64,000 nt of DNA from Ascidiella aspersa (taxonomy: Eukaryota), in NCBI GenBank assembly GCA_963924565.1, contig OZ004608.1:9114001-9178000 (forward strand). The letters run 5' to 3'. Position numbers and translations under genes: made by a program. Of the stretch, positions 35,001 to 47,700 are shown piece by piece. How positions within the stretch are numbered: position 1 is the stretch's first letter; every line of letters starts with the position of its first letter. Below the pieces are notes generated by a model that was given only the letters and a program-made list of their open reading frames with translations, was not told where the DNA came from and did no database searches.

Positions 35001-37149
35001 TCTTGATCGCGCAAACCGAGAGATGATTTGGAACAATCAACTTTTTCCAGTAAATTATTCGAGCAATGCCATAATCATTGTCGCTATATGGAAATTGTGG
35101 AATTGCTACTTCACATTAAATGAACCAGCCATGAAAAGACGCAAAAGTAAATATACAATCAGAAAAATAGCCAGCTGTAATATCAGTACAAGCTATTACT
35201 ATTTGTTTTCAGCTAATAACTCTGAACTTCCGGCAACTGACCCCCTGGTGCCGCGATATGTACCGCTGGTTCACCCCGGACCCAAAGCAGGGCGTCTGGC
35301 ACGACAAGGAGGACCTGGACCGATACAGGCAGCAAGTGTTCCGTGAGAGGTTGCCGGCCCAGCGCATCTACCACGTCGATAGGGGCCTCATCCCCAATTA
35401 CTCTGGCTATGTTCCGGGTAAGTTGACTCGAAGCGAAAGAAATCCCTGTCTCGTAAACCTGGTCGTAAAGCTAAGATGCGTACTTTACGATAAGCCTATA
35501 GGCAAAGGGTGGGTACCTATACCAAGTGTTTGAGGTGTCTTGACCTTTAGACCAAGGTAGGTAAATATGTTGGTTTGGTATCCTACCATAGAGGGTCAGG
35601 ATTATATGGAGTTGACAATAAAATAAGTTCAGAATATCATTACGGTCGGAATGTGACACACTTCAAAACAAGGTTAAAAATACTGATAGCTAATAGTCGA
35701 AATAAAGTCTAAACCTAACACCTCTAAATTTCTTTGACTTCGTTTCTTCGTCGGTCGCCGTAAAGGTGCTCGTTGCAAGAGAGAAAAATGATACAGTAAA
35801 CGACATAACTCCATTGAAAAGAGCATATTTTCCATTTTTAAGAGCTCCGTCCAAGCGAGCATCGTCACGCTACTCTTAAATAGAAATGAAGTAACCTTAT
35901 TAAGACAGACAAAAAACTATATCTATTTGAAATATTGCCCTCGCTTACAATGCGATTTGCTTTGGTAGTGTTACGTTATTTTCCCCAGACAGGAAAAATG
36001 ACTCCCTTTTTATTCGAAAACTGCGCTCGCGCTTGAGACGCGATTTCCTTAGTATTTCACGCCAAAAGGTTTATATTTTGCTGATAATAGCTACCACGCC
36101 AGTTGATTACATACCGCTTCACCACATAAGTGTTACTCTCATTATGGGAAAGCATTTTGCTAGCATCAGCGCTTTTTGGCAATACAGTAAGGCTTTTTCA
36201 GATTAGAGCGAAATGCACAAAACGCATCACATGTTATAAAAATAGTATAGACCGAACGTGTAGCGTTAGTGTAACGTTTAGGCATAATTTAAAATGGCAT
36301 GCCATTTAGGGAAAATTTCATTTTTCAGCCTCCTCACATAAATGTTACGCTTCCCCTAACATTATTCTTTGTTTACATGTTTATGTTTTGGCTGTAGAAC
36401 GAGGCTAGCAAATTTACAAGGACATGTTACAACGTAATATGCAATAGGGATTTAGGAGATAAAGCATGTTGAATTCTTACGTTTTGTTCAAGCATGTAAA
36501 ATCCAGATAGACTTATTCAGACAACGGTAAATTCGTAAGATACCTAGGACATCGACAGAACACCTTTACCAATTAGAAAACTGGTGAATATTCTATTTAA
36601 ACTGGGCAATGCCGTGTATTTCGTTTAATAGCAAGACCTAAACCTGTCAGAACAAAACCTAAACCTTGGGAAATTATTTCTAAATAAGGTTGACGTAATG
36701 TTCTGGTAGCATCGGTTTAATTCTAAATAATATTTGCGTTTATCAGGTTAACCCGTTTTGACATAACCCATACTGCAGTAGAATTTACCACAACAGACGT
36801 TTTTTATCATACAATATTTCGTGTTGGTTAAATAAACCACGAAAACCTAATGTAATTCAAAGTTGTCTTACTATCACTTTTATAAGGCTCGTATTACAGT
36901 TTAACTTCATCCAGTCTAATCACAAGTTTAAAACATACAAACACGTCGACTGGTCGGGCTTAACACCATTGTTTATTTAACCGTATACTAAAATCCTATA
37001 AATTCGCTCCAATACTGTTATAATTATCAGGTCAAAAGTTTCGCTACGGTGGGACCTGGGCTCGTGAAACAGTCAACGCCAACACAATCGGTGTTCCAAG
37101 AAGATGGGAATCGACGTCATTCTTTGAAAATCGTCCGATCGGTGCTTAA
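32027..37149 (+). CDS. FAM166/CIMIP2-like ciliary microtubule inner protein, ~201 aa, 4 exons
   Basis: Exons 32027-32115 (MPNYNTPGHPYSSQ..DGT), 34534-34726 (YDYPLMGNVDF..RSPRAKTAPPGYK..KHKK), 35213-35417 (..QRIYHVDRGLIPNYSGYVPG), 37031-37149 (QKFRYGGTWARETVNA..IGA*). Total 606 nt with consistent phases. IYxxxxGLIPNYSGYVPGxKFRYGxTW matches the FAM166 PYG/GFG repeat. Confidence 0.75.
33946..34502. mobile_element. hAT MITE containing a nested hAT MITE (34126-34431)
   Basis: Outer element CAGTGGTCCCC..GGAACCACTG with TSD GTTTAAAG/GTTTAAAA. Inner element CAGTGATTCCCAAAC..GTTTGGGAACCACTG with TSD GTGTAGGG/GTGTAGGC and GTGTGCCGCG subterminal repeats. Confidence 0.82.
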
Positions 37150-37844
37150 CCTTACATCGGTCTGCATTCAAAGCATTCATCGCAATTGCTTGTGTTTCTA
37201 TTTTCTTCTTCTCTTTGTGCCAAAGACATTTTTTGGCATTTCAGAACTTTTCCAGTCGCATTTGTGCATTCTTTCGACTGCAAAATTCTCCAGCACTAAT
37301 TACCGTAATTGTCCAGCTTTAATTGGAGTTCGATTTTTATTCTGAGATTTCCGAGCTTTGTAAAATAGGTTAAATTAAATGTGTTAGTGTCATATTATAA
37401 TTTACACATATAAATATTAACATTTTACAAAACGTAAGAAAAAAAAAATATTAATCTGGTTTTAGTTGTCCCAATAGCAACCTTGGTGAAATGCGTACAC
37501 TGCTCACATTTTGACTAAATAAACATAAATTAGATTATCTTTTTAGATTACTATTTTATTATTTTGAGTATTACTTCATGATTGAAAACAAGTTCGTTCG
37601 TTATTATTTACTGTTTAGAATTTTAAATGATTCGCTTTTGAAACTGTGACTTGAAAAATAAACTTATTATTTTGCCTCTAAATCTATTTCTTACAACAGA
37701 TTTAGTTTAAAGTTCATCTCATAAGTTTTGTTTAACTGAACGATTATAATATAGTTTAATCTTTCAAACTTGACTTTGTATTTGTAGTTTTACCACGGTT
37801 TTACAGCTCCTTACAAATATTACGATAACATATTTTAAATGCGC

Positions 37845-37915
37845 TCTCATGGGATTTCAATCCCATTGCTCATTCGCCATTGGTTCAAAATTGTATGACG
37901 TCAGATAGCGGCAAG
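37845..37915 (+). promoter_or_regulatory. Putative KIF11 core promoter: inverted CCAAT, reverse CHR, CRE
   Basis: ATTGG 37879-37883, TTCAAA 37884-37889, TGACGTCA 37896-37903. A candidate 5'UTR donor CAG|GTATCT follows at 38036 with an acceptor ending 38746. Confidence 0.5.
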
Positions 37916-38119
37916 TTCGATTTTTACTTTGTTGAGATTGTTTAGGTTTTTACAATGGAAGTTAGTTCGTAAACGGTGGATATTTACGTGTTTTAACAAC
38001 GTTTTAAGCAATTCTAATATTTAAAACGTAGCACAGGTATCTTAATTTAACGTTAGATCTAAAAATCTTAAGGAGGTAACAGACATAAATTTGGTTTTAT
38101 TCTTGATATACCTTTTAGT

Positions 38120-38322
38120 GGCGCTGGTCTAGAATCCTACCACAACGAAACACCATTTGGGTTAGGGTGCGGGTTAGCGTTTGGGTTAAGGTGGGTCAAG
38201 TATTATTATTAAACTAAGAATATAATAATACTTGACCCACCCACACCCGAACGCTAACCCGCACCCTAACTCAAATTTTGTGCGTTGATTTTAGAACTGT
38301 GGTAGGATTCTAGACCAGCGCC
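38120..38322. mobile_element. Fold-back non-autonomous DNA element with GG termini and 8-bp TSD (Merlin-like)
   Basis: 25-bp TIR GGCGCTGGTCTAGAATCCTACCACA, inner inverted repeat GTTAGGGTGCGGGTTAGCGTT..GGTGGGTCAAGTATTATTAT, perfect TSD CTTTTAGT. Confidence 0.85.
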
Positions 38323-38778
38323 CTTTTAGTTTCAAATACTAACTTGAGTGTATTTAGATGTATAAGGTACTTTAAAGCTACTTTATGTTTACCTACAGAA
38401 AATTATTCAGCTTACATCTTAGTTTTATTCTTGCCTTATCTTAGTTTGAAGTTTATTTAAATTTTATTTATTTTTAATAATTGCTTGATATTGAATAATT
38501 CAGCGCTTAGAATCCTATACCTGGCATTTAAATAACTATTAAATTAATGGATATTATTTGGGTTGAGGTGCAGGGTCAATTGTTATTAAATTTATTCACC
38601 CAGTTTGCAATTTCAATTTTGGCGATTGGTTGTGTTACTAAACCTATAAAAATAAAATGGTAGGATTCCAGACCATCACCAAAACTTCTATTGATTATTA
38701 GGTTGTCTTGCAAATAGTTTTGCAATAACCTTAGTTTTTCGCTTAGTCATAAACTGAATTGCCTATTGGAAGATCACA

Positions 38779-41700
38779 ATGTCAAAAAGCCATGAAAAGA
38801 TTCATGTGACCGTGCGATGCCGGTAGGTCATTCAATAATTTCGTACACAACTTCACTTGTTCAAAAAAATAAAAAAATCATATTTTGGTCTTAAAGGCCT
38901 ATGACAGAGAATGAACGATCTCGGCGAGTAAAAAAGGTAGTGGAGTGTAACACCAGTGGGCAGGAAGTTAATGTAGTTACCACAACTGGAGGCTTGGCAC
39001 TTAACAACTTCGGAAATGCACAACTTACAAAGACATACGGCTACGACAATGTAAGCTTTAATTTTGGTCAACTTGAATTTCATGTGCTGTTGTTTAAAAT
39101 GTTATATTGCTTAGGTATTTGGTCCACACTCATCACAGTTGGATGTTTACAACAGTGTTGTGTCAGGCCAGTTGCAGGATGTGCTTTCCGGCTACAACTG
39201 TACAGTCCTTGCGTAAGTATTGTTCAACCATTCTTCAAAGCTTATTTTGTAAAATGTGATGTGTCAAGAGGTTAATCATTTTTATGAACAAAGGTCTAGG
39301 TTTAACTTTGAAGTGGTATATATAATATATTAGAGGAGTTTGAGAGGTATAATATATATACTATGAACTTTCATTTTGTCAATTTTTGTACCCCTGTTGC
39401 CCACTAATAGAAAACTAAACTTGTATGCCAAATGCACCCGCCATTTTTTTATCCACACACTAAACCTGTACCACCACAATATGAATATGTACCAGATTTT
39501 TCCATACGTTAGAAGTGTGGTGTACTTTTAACCTTAGTTGCACCTGATTACCCCAAATTTTTTATGCCGTGCACCCGCAAGATCTAACATACTTTCCATA
39601 TGGGCCTATTTTGCCTATTGCCAACCTACGGAAAAGTGATGTAAGATGCATCTTATTCTGTAAACTGTCACTCTTTTCTTTTGAAATTCTAAAACTGAAT
39701 GGTTTCTTTAAAGTGGCGTTGTATGACTTTGTAGCTATGGCCAGACTGGAACTGGAAAAACATTCACAATGGAAGGAGAACGAACAGTGGGTCAGGATTA
39801 CAAGTGGGATTCTGATCCAAGAGCTGGGATTATTCCGCGTGCTTTAAGTCAACTGTTTGACGAGCTACAAGCAGTGAGTATACATGTGTTTGCTCATGTT
39901 TTACATTTCATTATATGTAGTGTTTGCAGCAGCATTGAAACTACTAGTTTTATATTAATAGAATATTTAATATATAAAAATTTGTTATTTGTTTGTCCGA
40001 AAGTAAGTCAGGGTTCATTTAAATTACTACAGAGTTTCTGTTTCATTGAGTAACATACAGAGAAAAGGTCTTTCACTTAAATTTAGTGTCTAATTTATGG
40101 TGAAATTTAAAATTTTATATAATATTTATTTATTTATTTAACTATTTCTGTTTTACCTAAATTTACAATTTTTATTTTCAGATGGGAAGTGAATTCAGTG
40201 TCAGAGTCTCACTGTTGGAAATTTATAATGAAGAGATCTATGACCTGTTGTCTCCCTCAAACGGAATGGTGAAAATGCGTATTTATGATGACAGCAGCAG
40301 GAAGGTTAGTAAACTTAGTATATATATATATTATACATAAATTTGATACCAAGCAGCTTGTATTAGAGTTAAAGTCTTTAACACAAATATACAAAAAATA
40401 ATTTCAAACTTTTAAAATATAGGTTGAATTTTTCCTTCAATTTATCTTTTAATATTTTACAGGGTTCCGTCGTTGTTTCCGGATTAACGGAGATCTTGGT
40501 CCAGCAAAAGTCAGATGTTTATGACATTCTTCAGCAGGGGGCAGCAAAGCGTAGAACAGCGGCAACCAACCTTAATGAATTTTCAAGCAGGTGTGTAATA
40601 CAAAATATTTACCCTATGGCTTGTCAGTAAGGTGTGATATTTACTTATCAATAATTTAATTGTAGATCACACAGTGTGTTTTCTGTGACTGTTCACACCA
40701 AAGATGTTACCACCAGTGAAATGGTTGAAGAGGAACTCATCAAGATTGGAAAACTAAATTTGGTACAAACAAAGTTTATCTTATATAATATTTTTTACTT
40801 AAAATAACTATAGCTGCTACTTTTTAATCTGATAGTGCTTTTTTAATCTCAATGTTTCCATGATTTATTTTCTAATAGACCCTTTTTGTGTCTTCATCAC
40901 AACCTAAATTAGTATTAAGACTCATTATGGTATATTTAATTGTCAAACGACTTACTGTGAACTGTCAAACTATCAAAAAAAACTACCAAAAAAAAATGTG
41001 ATATAAAACACTGAACTTATGCCCAGCGAAACCTTTGATATCCCTCACAGACCTCAATTTAAGCACCACTGTATCAATGTATGCCACTGCCAAACCTGGA
41101 ATATAGCAAACGTAACTGCTTTTATTTGCGAAACTAACTCATTTTTTTCCTGTTCAACAGGTGGATTTGGCTGGAAGTGAAAACATTGGTCGTTCAGGTG
41201 CAAGTGACAAGCGAGCAAGGGAAGCCGGTAACATCAACACAAGCTTGCTCACACTTGGTCGTTGCATCACTGCACTGGTGGACAGGGCACCTCATATTCC
41301 ATTCAGGTGTGGTAGAGTGTCAATGTTTTAGTAAAAAATAATATACTTTTATATACTTTTTTCTTAAGGCTATTTCTTGTATAACAAAAGGGGTGCAGTG
41401 TCTTTTTAACTTTATTTTTTTACTAATTTTCTTCAAAAGTTAAAAACTGAGGCCAGCTAAATGTTTGTGGAAAATGCAAATAAAGTGTTGCCAATTTTTC
41501 TCTGTAAATTTTAATACGAAAACCTATAGGTTATGTGTCAGTTAATATCCTAATTTAAGTTATAATCGTATTGCGATGATTTGAACAGGGAAAGTAAGCT
41601 GACTAGACTGTTACAAGACTCACTTGGGGGCGCCACCAAGACTTCCATCATCGCCACTATTTCGCCTGGAAGCGACAATCTTGAGGAGACTCTAAGCACC

Positions 41701-44700
41701 TTGGACTATGCGTCGAAAACTAAAAACATTCACAACAGACCACGAGTCAACCAGAAGATGACAAAGAGGGCTTTAATCAAGGTAGAACATATCACTAGAC
41801 TTACGAAAGTAATTTATCCAAAGTAGGAATATATTATACTAGACTTTATATCCCGATAAAAATACCTGATGTTTCAGACAAAAAGTGTCGCGTTCCGATC
41901 TAATACCAAATGATTACTCATTACTATGGCCAACCGAGCATAATACATAATATTGATTATTGAAGCAGAGTATTGGGCTTCATTTTACTTTAATTTTAGG
42001 TCCTCCAGTTGTTAACCTATTATTTTTTGAGAAATATACCTTGCAAGATATAATACGTAAGTTTAATTTTTGCTGAGACTTTATAAAAATTTCGTATTGG
42101 ATTGGCACCAGTGCCGCTCTGCTCTACTATCACACAAGTACTGATACCACCGCTTTGTATCGGTTCATGGCTCCGATCCGAGTCCGCCTCCCTGAAAGAG
42201 TGTGGTTTTAAAAAACTAGCCATTAAAACGCTATATTTTGCGGGATAATATACTCTGATTTTTGCAGTTTCATCAACTTAACAACTAAGCTAGCGAGTGA
42301 CATATTGCAAAACCTATTATGTGTTCAATTATGCCAAATGCTTGTATTTGCAGGAATATGATGACGAAATCAGAAAGCTTCAAAGAGAAGTTCTGGCAGC
42401 GAGAGAGAAAAACGGAATTTATCTTGACCCAAAGCAATACCAGTAAGACAATTTGCTGCAAAGCACACTTATGTGTTAAGTTTCAACATCATAAATTTAG
42501 TTAATGCAGAGTTGAATAAAATACACACACACATATGTGTTTAATAACAACTGTGATCTAGCCCCTCGGAAATTATGCGGTACTGCTGTACTGTTGATCC
42601 CCTTCAATGTCAAGTTGTGTTTACTAACAGAATGTGGTAAGCATTGACCTATGGTTGTTTCCCGACTCGCTTCTCTCTAAGCCTGTGCAGCTCAGTTGGT
42701 GACAGTCCTGGTATGACCGGAGGTCGTGAGTTCGAACCTCACTGCAAGCTAGTTGTTTTTCTAGCCTACCTTGCTCGCAGTGATCAACAGAATCGGTAAT
42801 GCAGGATTGTTACAATTGTTTTTATCGGGACACGTTACTTCGCAGGGAAATGCAGAACAAGATTGAGGAGCTAACAGCGACTTTGCAGCAACGTCAGGAA
42901 GACCTTCAGAAGTTCAAGGTCCTCTTCTCTGACACTTCTCGGGAATTAGAAGAAGCAACATCAAGGCTTAACATCCTTTCCGATGTAAGTATTTATTTAA
43001 CGACCTATTTTTTGTTTTAGGGCAAGCCAATCAGCATTTAAAACAATGAAAAAGTAAAAAAAACATTAAGAGTTTTTGCCATCCCTCTTTAGATTTCAAT
43101 CATAGTTTGCTGTTAAACTTGTGTCGCATAGAAAAAATAGCAATACCTTAAAAAGTTTACTCCAGTTTTGCGATCTTTTTAAGCAATCAAAGAGAAAACA
43201 AAATCTTTTTTTTAATTTCCTCGTAAAAATAACCTTATTTCATGTTGTTGTTTGCTTGAATCATCATTAAAACATCTCTTTTAATAGGATTTGAGTGAGA
43301 CGAAAAGCAAACTTGCGGAACAATGCTTTATCAAGGAAGCGCATATCGAGCATGGAAACGAGGTCATCAGCAAAGCAAAGCAGGTGGAAATCTTTTTTTT
43401 TAAATATCGCAAATTAAACAAAGCGTGTGAAAGTCACGCGAAAAAGGGACAATAATTTAAATGTTCTGACAATTAGAATAATGAATTTGAAATGCTCTAC
43501 ACAGGCCATTATTCACTACCAGTCGCACTGATCGACCTTTTCCTAGAAAAAATTTAGCTTAAGCGTCTTTTAAAGCAGGAGTTCTTATGTTTTCACGTTT
43601 AAATGCCGCTGGGCTATACAGAAATCAACCAGAGCACCTGGTAAGCGGTAATAATATATGGACCAACGGTTATACACAACAAAAAATGTTATTTTAATGC
43701 CAAAACAGCAATACACTAAAACTTAACTGCCATTTAAGTCTTCCAGTAATACCTCGCCATGAACCCAACACTGCTTTAAAGTTACAACTTGCGCTTTTCA
43801 ACCGGTAGTTCGCCAGTTCTTCACAGTTTACGTATTTTTTCCTCCAGCTCCTAGACACAGCCGACGTGGTGACGGATGACATCGAGAGGGTCCACGAGAA
43901 GGTTGATCGCGTGCAGAGCGCAAACGAGATCAACCTCCGCATCGCCGGATCGGTGTCCGAGAGAGTGAAAGAGGACGCTTCTCATCTGCGAAGTCAATCC
44001 ACCACCATCCTACAGCAGAACGCCGCCTGCATGCGAGACCTGCTGCACGGTCTAGGTAAGTTAGGTTGCTTTTTTGTTGCCGCTGTGTGTTAAATTAAAA
44101 AAATCGGCTTGTCGGGTTGCTTTTTTCGGTGCTGTGCTTTGAATGAAAAAAAATCGGCTTTTGTGTTTTTTACGCTCGCCAGCTTCTTTGCTTTGTCGGA
44201 TATTGTTCCATATATAGAACAGCACTTTCGATAGTCCACGCGAATATTTAGGCAACGTACTGCGAAAAAATTAAACTTTGAAACATTTAATATTGTAAGT
44301 AAAGTAGTCCTCAAGAGTTTTTAAAGTAAAACACTGTTGTTTTTTCAGAAACCATGAAAGATGAGCAGGATACGAGCATAAACAAGCTCTCCTCGCAGAT
44401 AAACGGTTTCAGGATTTCCCTGCAAGAAATGCAGCAGGTAACGCATGTCCCGATGTGCAAATCGAACGAACTGAAGCCAATGACAACTATTTGTACAATT
44501 TATACATCTTTTTTAATTCGTGTTGCTTTCTTTAGGAACACTGCAAAACTATGACTTCGTTTTCGGAGAACCTGGTTTCGCTGGACGACCAACACGAGGC
44601 ATCACTTAACAGTAACAAGGTGAGTGGCGTGTAACTTTTCTCCTTGAGTTATAAAAATCCACCATGCCAGGTTTCAAACCTAAAGCGTGACTAAAAAAAA

Positions 44701-47700
44701 AGATAAAAAGAGACTGAAAAGGTGTATTTAAATTGTAAAGCTGTTTGTTTTTATAAATTACCGCTCCAATAGTTGTAAATTTTTTGATTGTCATGATACT
44801 TTCTAAAGCAGGTTTTTTCTAAAGCCATTGTCATGATACTTTCTAAAGCAGGGGTTCTGAAACTTTATTTACCCCGGACCCCTAAATTGTTTTTTTGCTT
44901 CGCGTGGACCACGGTAAGCAAGAAATTTAAAAAATGACGTCATAATTTGACGTCGTAATACAAATAGACTGTAGCAATCTGCAGTTTTCAGTCCACAAAA
45001 TGTAAAAAGGAGAATAGAAATAGATACATTCGGTGCAAAAACGTTTTATTTTTAATTAAACTCTTTCCTTAGAAAAATTTATTACTTCCTAAATATACAC
45101 CAATATTTCAATTTGGCCTTCACGGACCCCCTAAAACTAGTTCACGGACCCCTAAGGGGTCTATGGACCCCAGTTTAAGAACCCCTGTTCTAAAGGTTTG
45201 CAAGTTAATCAACACTTGGGGCTTCAAATCTGTTTTTGCTTTTGCTTCTTTGCACGCAACAGTTTTATATGCGCCCTGGTCTTTGTTGAGTTCCCTATTT
45301 TGGCAATTTTTTTATTAGGTATGTGCGATACTTGGTATTTTATTTCTCTGTGTACGACAATCTGTATGAACAAATAAGCAGAAACAATTAAAACAAAAAT
45401 CATTTAGAGACTTTTTGTAAGTTAGAAAACAAAAATTTGCCTTGTTGAAGCGCAAACCATGGCTAAACTTCTTATGTCTATTGGATATGTGATCGCCACC
45501 GATAACAACCTAGTATCCGGACGAGTAGCAAAACTACCACTAAATATTAGGTATTAGGTACCACATGATGTTACCGAACGTGCTTGGTTATCTGAAACAT
45601 TTATAGCAATTGTGTATACAGGGTTTTATTTAGGGTTTGGTTTGGGTGACCGCTAAGTAGTTTTAAGAGACCGCAAGTGTTTCATTTAAATACCAAAAAG
45701 TCCAAAATTTGGGAAACCGCTGGAGAAATTTGGGGGACCGTTTCGCTTCCCCAAAAAACCTTAAAAAAAACACCGTGTGTATAACAACTGAGATCTCGCT
45801 CTTCAGAAGTCGTACTGCCAATGATAACGGCACACATATCACCTCAATAGGCGCCGAACTTGTAATTCCATGGCGTTTTTTTTCTCGGCGGTGCAGAATT
45901 GCTTATTAATTTAACCTAACAATAATTTAACTAAACGTAACAATAATTGAAAAAATGCATAACACATAACAAACATAGTTTGGGAATTCTATGGCATCGT
46001 GTCTATATGTTAATTCAGGGAAATTTTAAACACCTTTGATTTACTAAAACTAAAATATTTTGCACATTTATTAAAAACGTTTTGACGCCCTGCGAGAAAT
46101 CCAGGGCGTCTAAGAGCGCTCTGCACGTTCGGCGCCTATGCCTCACTGCACGCTAGTTGTTTTTCTAGCCTGGCCTTGCTTGCACAAAATCCTTAATTGA
46201 TCAACTGATTTTGGTTTCCCTCTAAACCAGGGATGTACGACCCGCATTGCGGCCCGCCTGGTGTTCATGTGCGGCCCACCACTTATTCTCACTTTCAGTA
46301 GCCTTTATTTAAAGCAATTGTTTCTACTTTCGACCATCATAAAACCGTGTAGAACACGTAGTATTTCATGAAGGTCTAATCTTATATGTATTGTGAGTCT
46401 ATAATCGAGCCCAATGTCGCATTTCAACATCAGTCGAACACATGCGTACCCATTGTTGTTGTGTGTTTTTGCGGACCGGTTCAAGGAAATATATTAGCCG
46501 AAAAGGTGTCGTTTACAATGGCATAATACGGCATTTATAAACTCAATTTAAGGCGAAGTTGTTTTATGACGTCACGATATGACGTAACTTATGACGTCAC
46601 CCATTTAATTTAATAGGTTTTGCCGCCTATCGAAGTGGTAATGCGACCCATTCGTCTAAAAGGTTGGACATCCCTGCCCTAAAGGCTCCCGGTTTGCTTA
46701 GTCATCAAACGGTCGAAGTTGTTATTAATCGTAAAAATAACATTAGCGATTTTTTGCAGGACAACATTCTTACTCAGCTGGCGATAACTGCGTCGAAGAT
46801 GGAAGGCCTGCAGGTGATCTCTACCGACATGCAGGACCTAGTGCGATTCGTGCATCAGAACGCAGAACAACGCAGGAAAGAGGTAGAACAGTGTTTGTTG
46901 CTTATATACGAAAACACTATGCGGCACACAGTTTATGTTAGCGGTGTATTAGCTGTAGAAATGCCTGCAGTACACATATTGTGATCTTTCGATATAGTTT
47001 GTTTGCTGTTTGAACAAACGTCTAGTTATACAACAGATTCTTTCAGGGTGCGGTTAAAATCCACCTCTTAATCATTTTGATAAACGTTTAATTCACCTCG
47101 CTAACACAAAAAGATGAAAGCATATTCTATTGTCTACACTACAGAGTCTAGGACGCAAGTACACATGTGATATGAAACAGTTTATGTTTCCAAGGTTAAT
47201 TACTGGCCAACTGGAATGAAAGGGATTTGGTAGTTCTTGTGCGACTGTTATTTATGTGGTCTTATTTTTCCTTAAATTAGATACAAACCCAAGTTGACTC
47301 TATCCTCGACCACCAGCGGGATATTGAAGATTTGCTGAAGGGGGTAAAACAAACCGACCAAGAAATGATCGGAAGCAGCAAGGTAAGCAATTTCGGGCAC
47401 TTTAAAAATAAAGCTAACCAAGACCAAGTGACTAATTAATACTTTTGTATTATATACTTTTCATTCTTAACGAATAAAAATCTGTGTTTTACAGGCGGAA
47501 ATGGAGAAAATGATGGCAATGGTGAGTATCTATAATTTTGTTGCATATTGTTGACTTTTTCCCACTTTTTTAAAAAGTCGAATAAAAAAAATATAATAAA
47601 AATGATTTTTTAATTTACTTTGAAATAAACTTAACATTGATATTTAAGGTATTTAGCACATTAGTAATATTTTATAAAGCCGGTCGGAGATAATAAAAAG

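Noticed and set aside
38150-38275. Interstitial telomere (TTAGGG-like)
   Set aside because: Only one or two degenerate units, inside a TIR/TSD-bounded fold-back element.
42681-42750. Functional tRNA gene
   Set aside because: Acceptor and anticodon stems are mismatched and the 3' flank is repeated at 46141, which fits a SINE or pseudogene.
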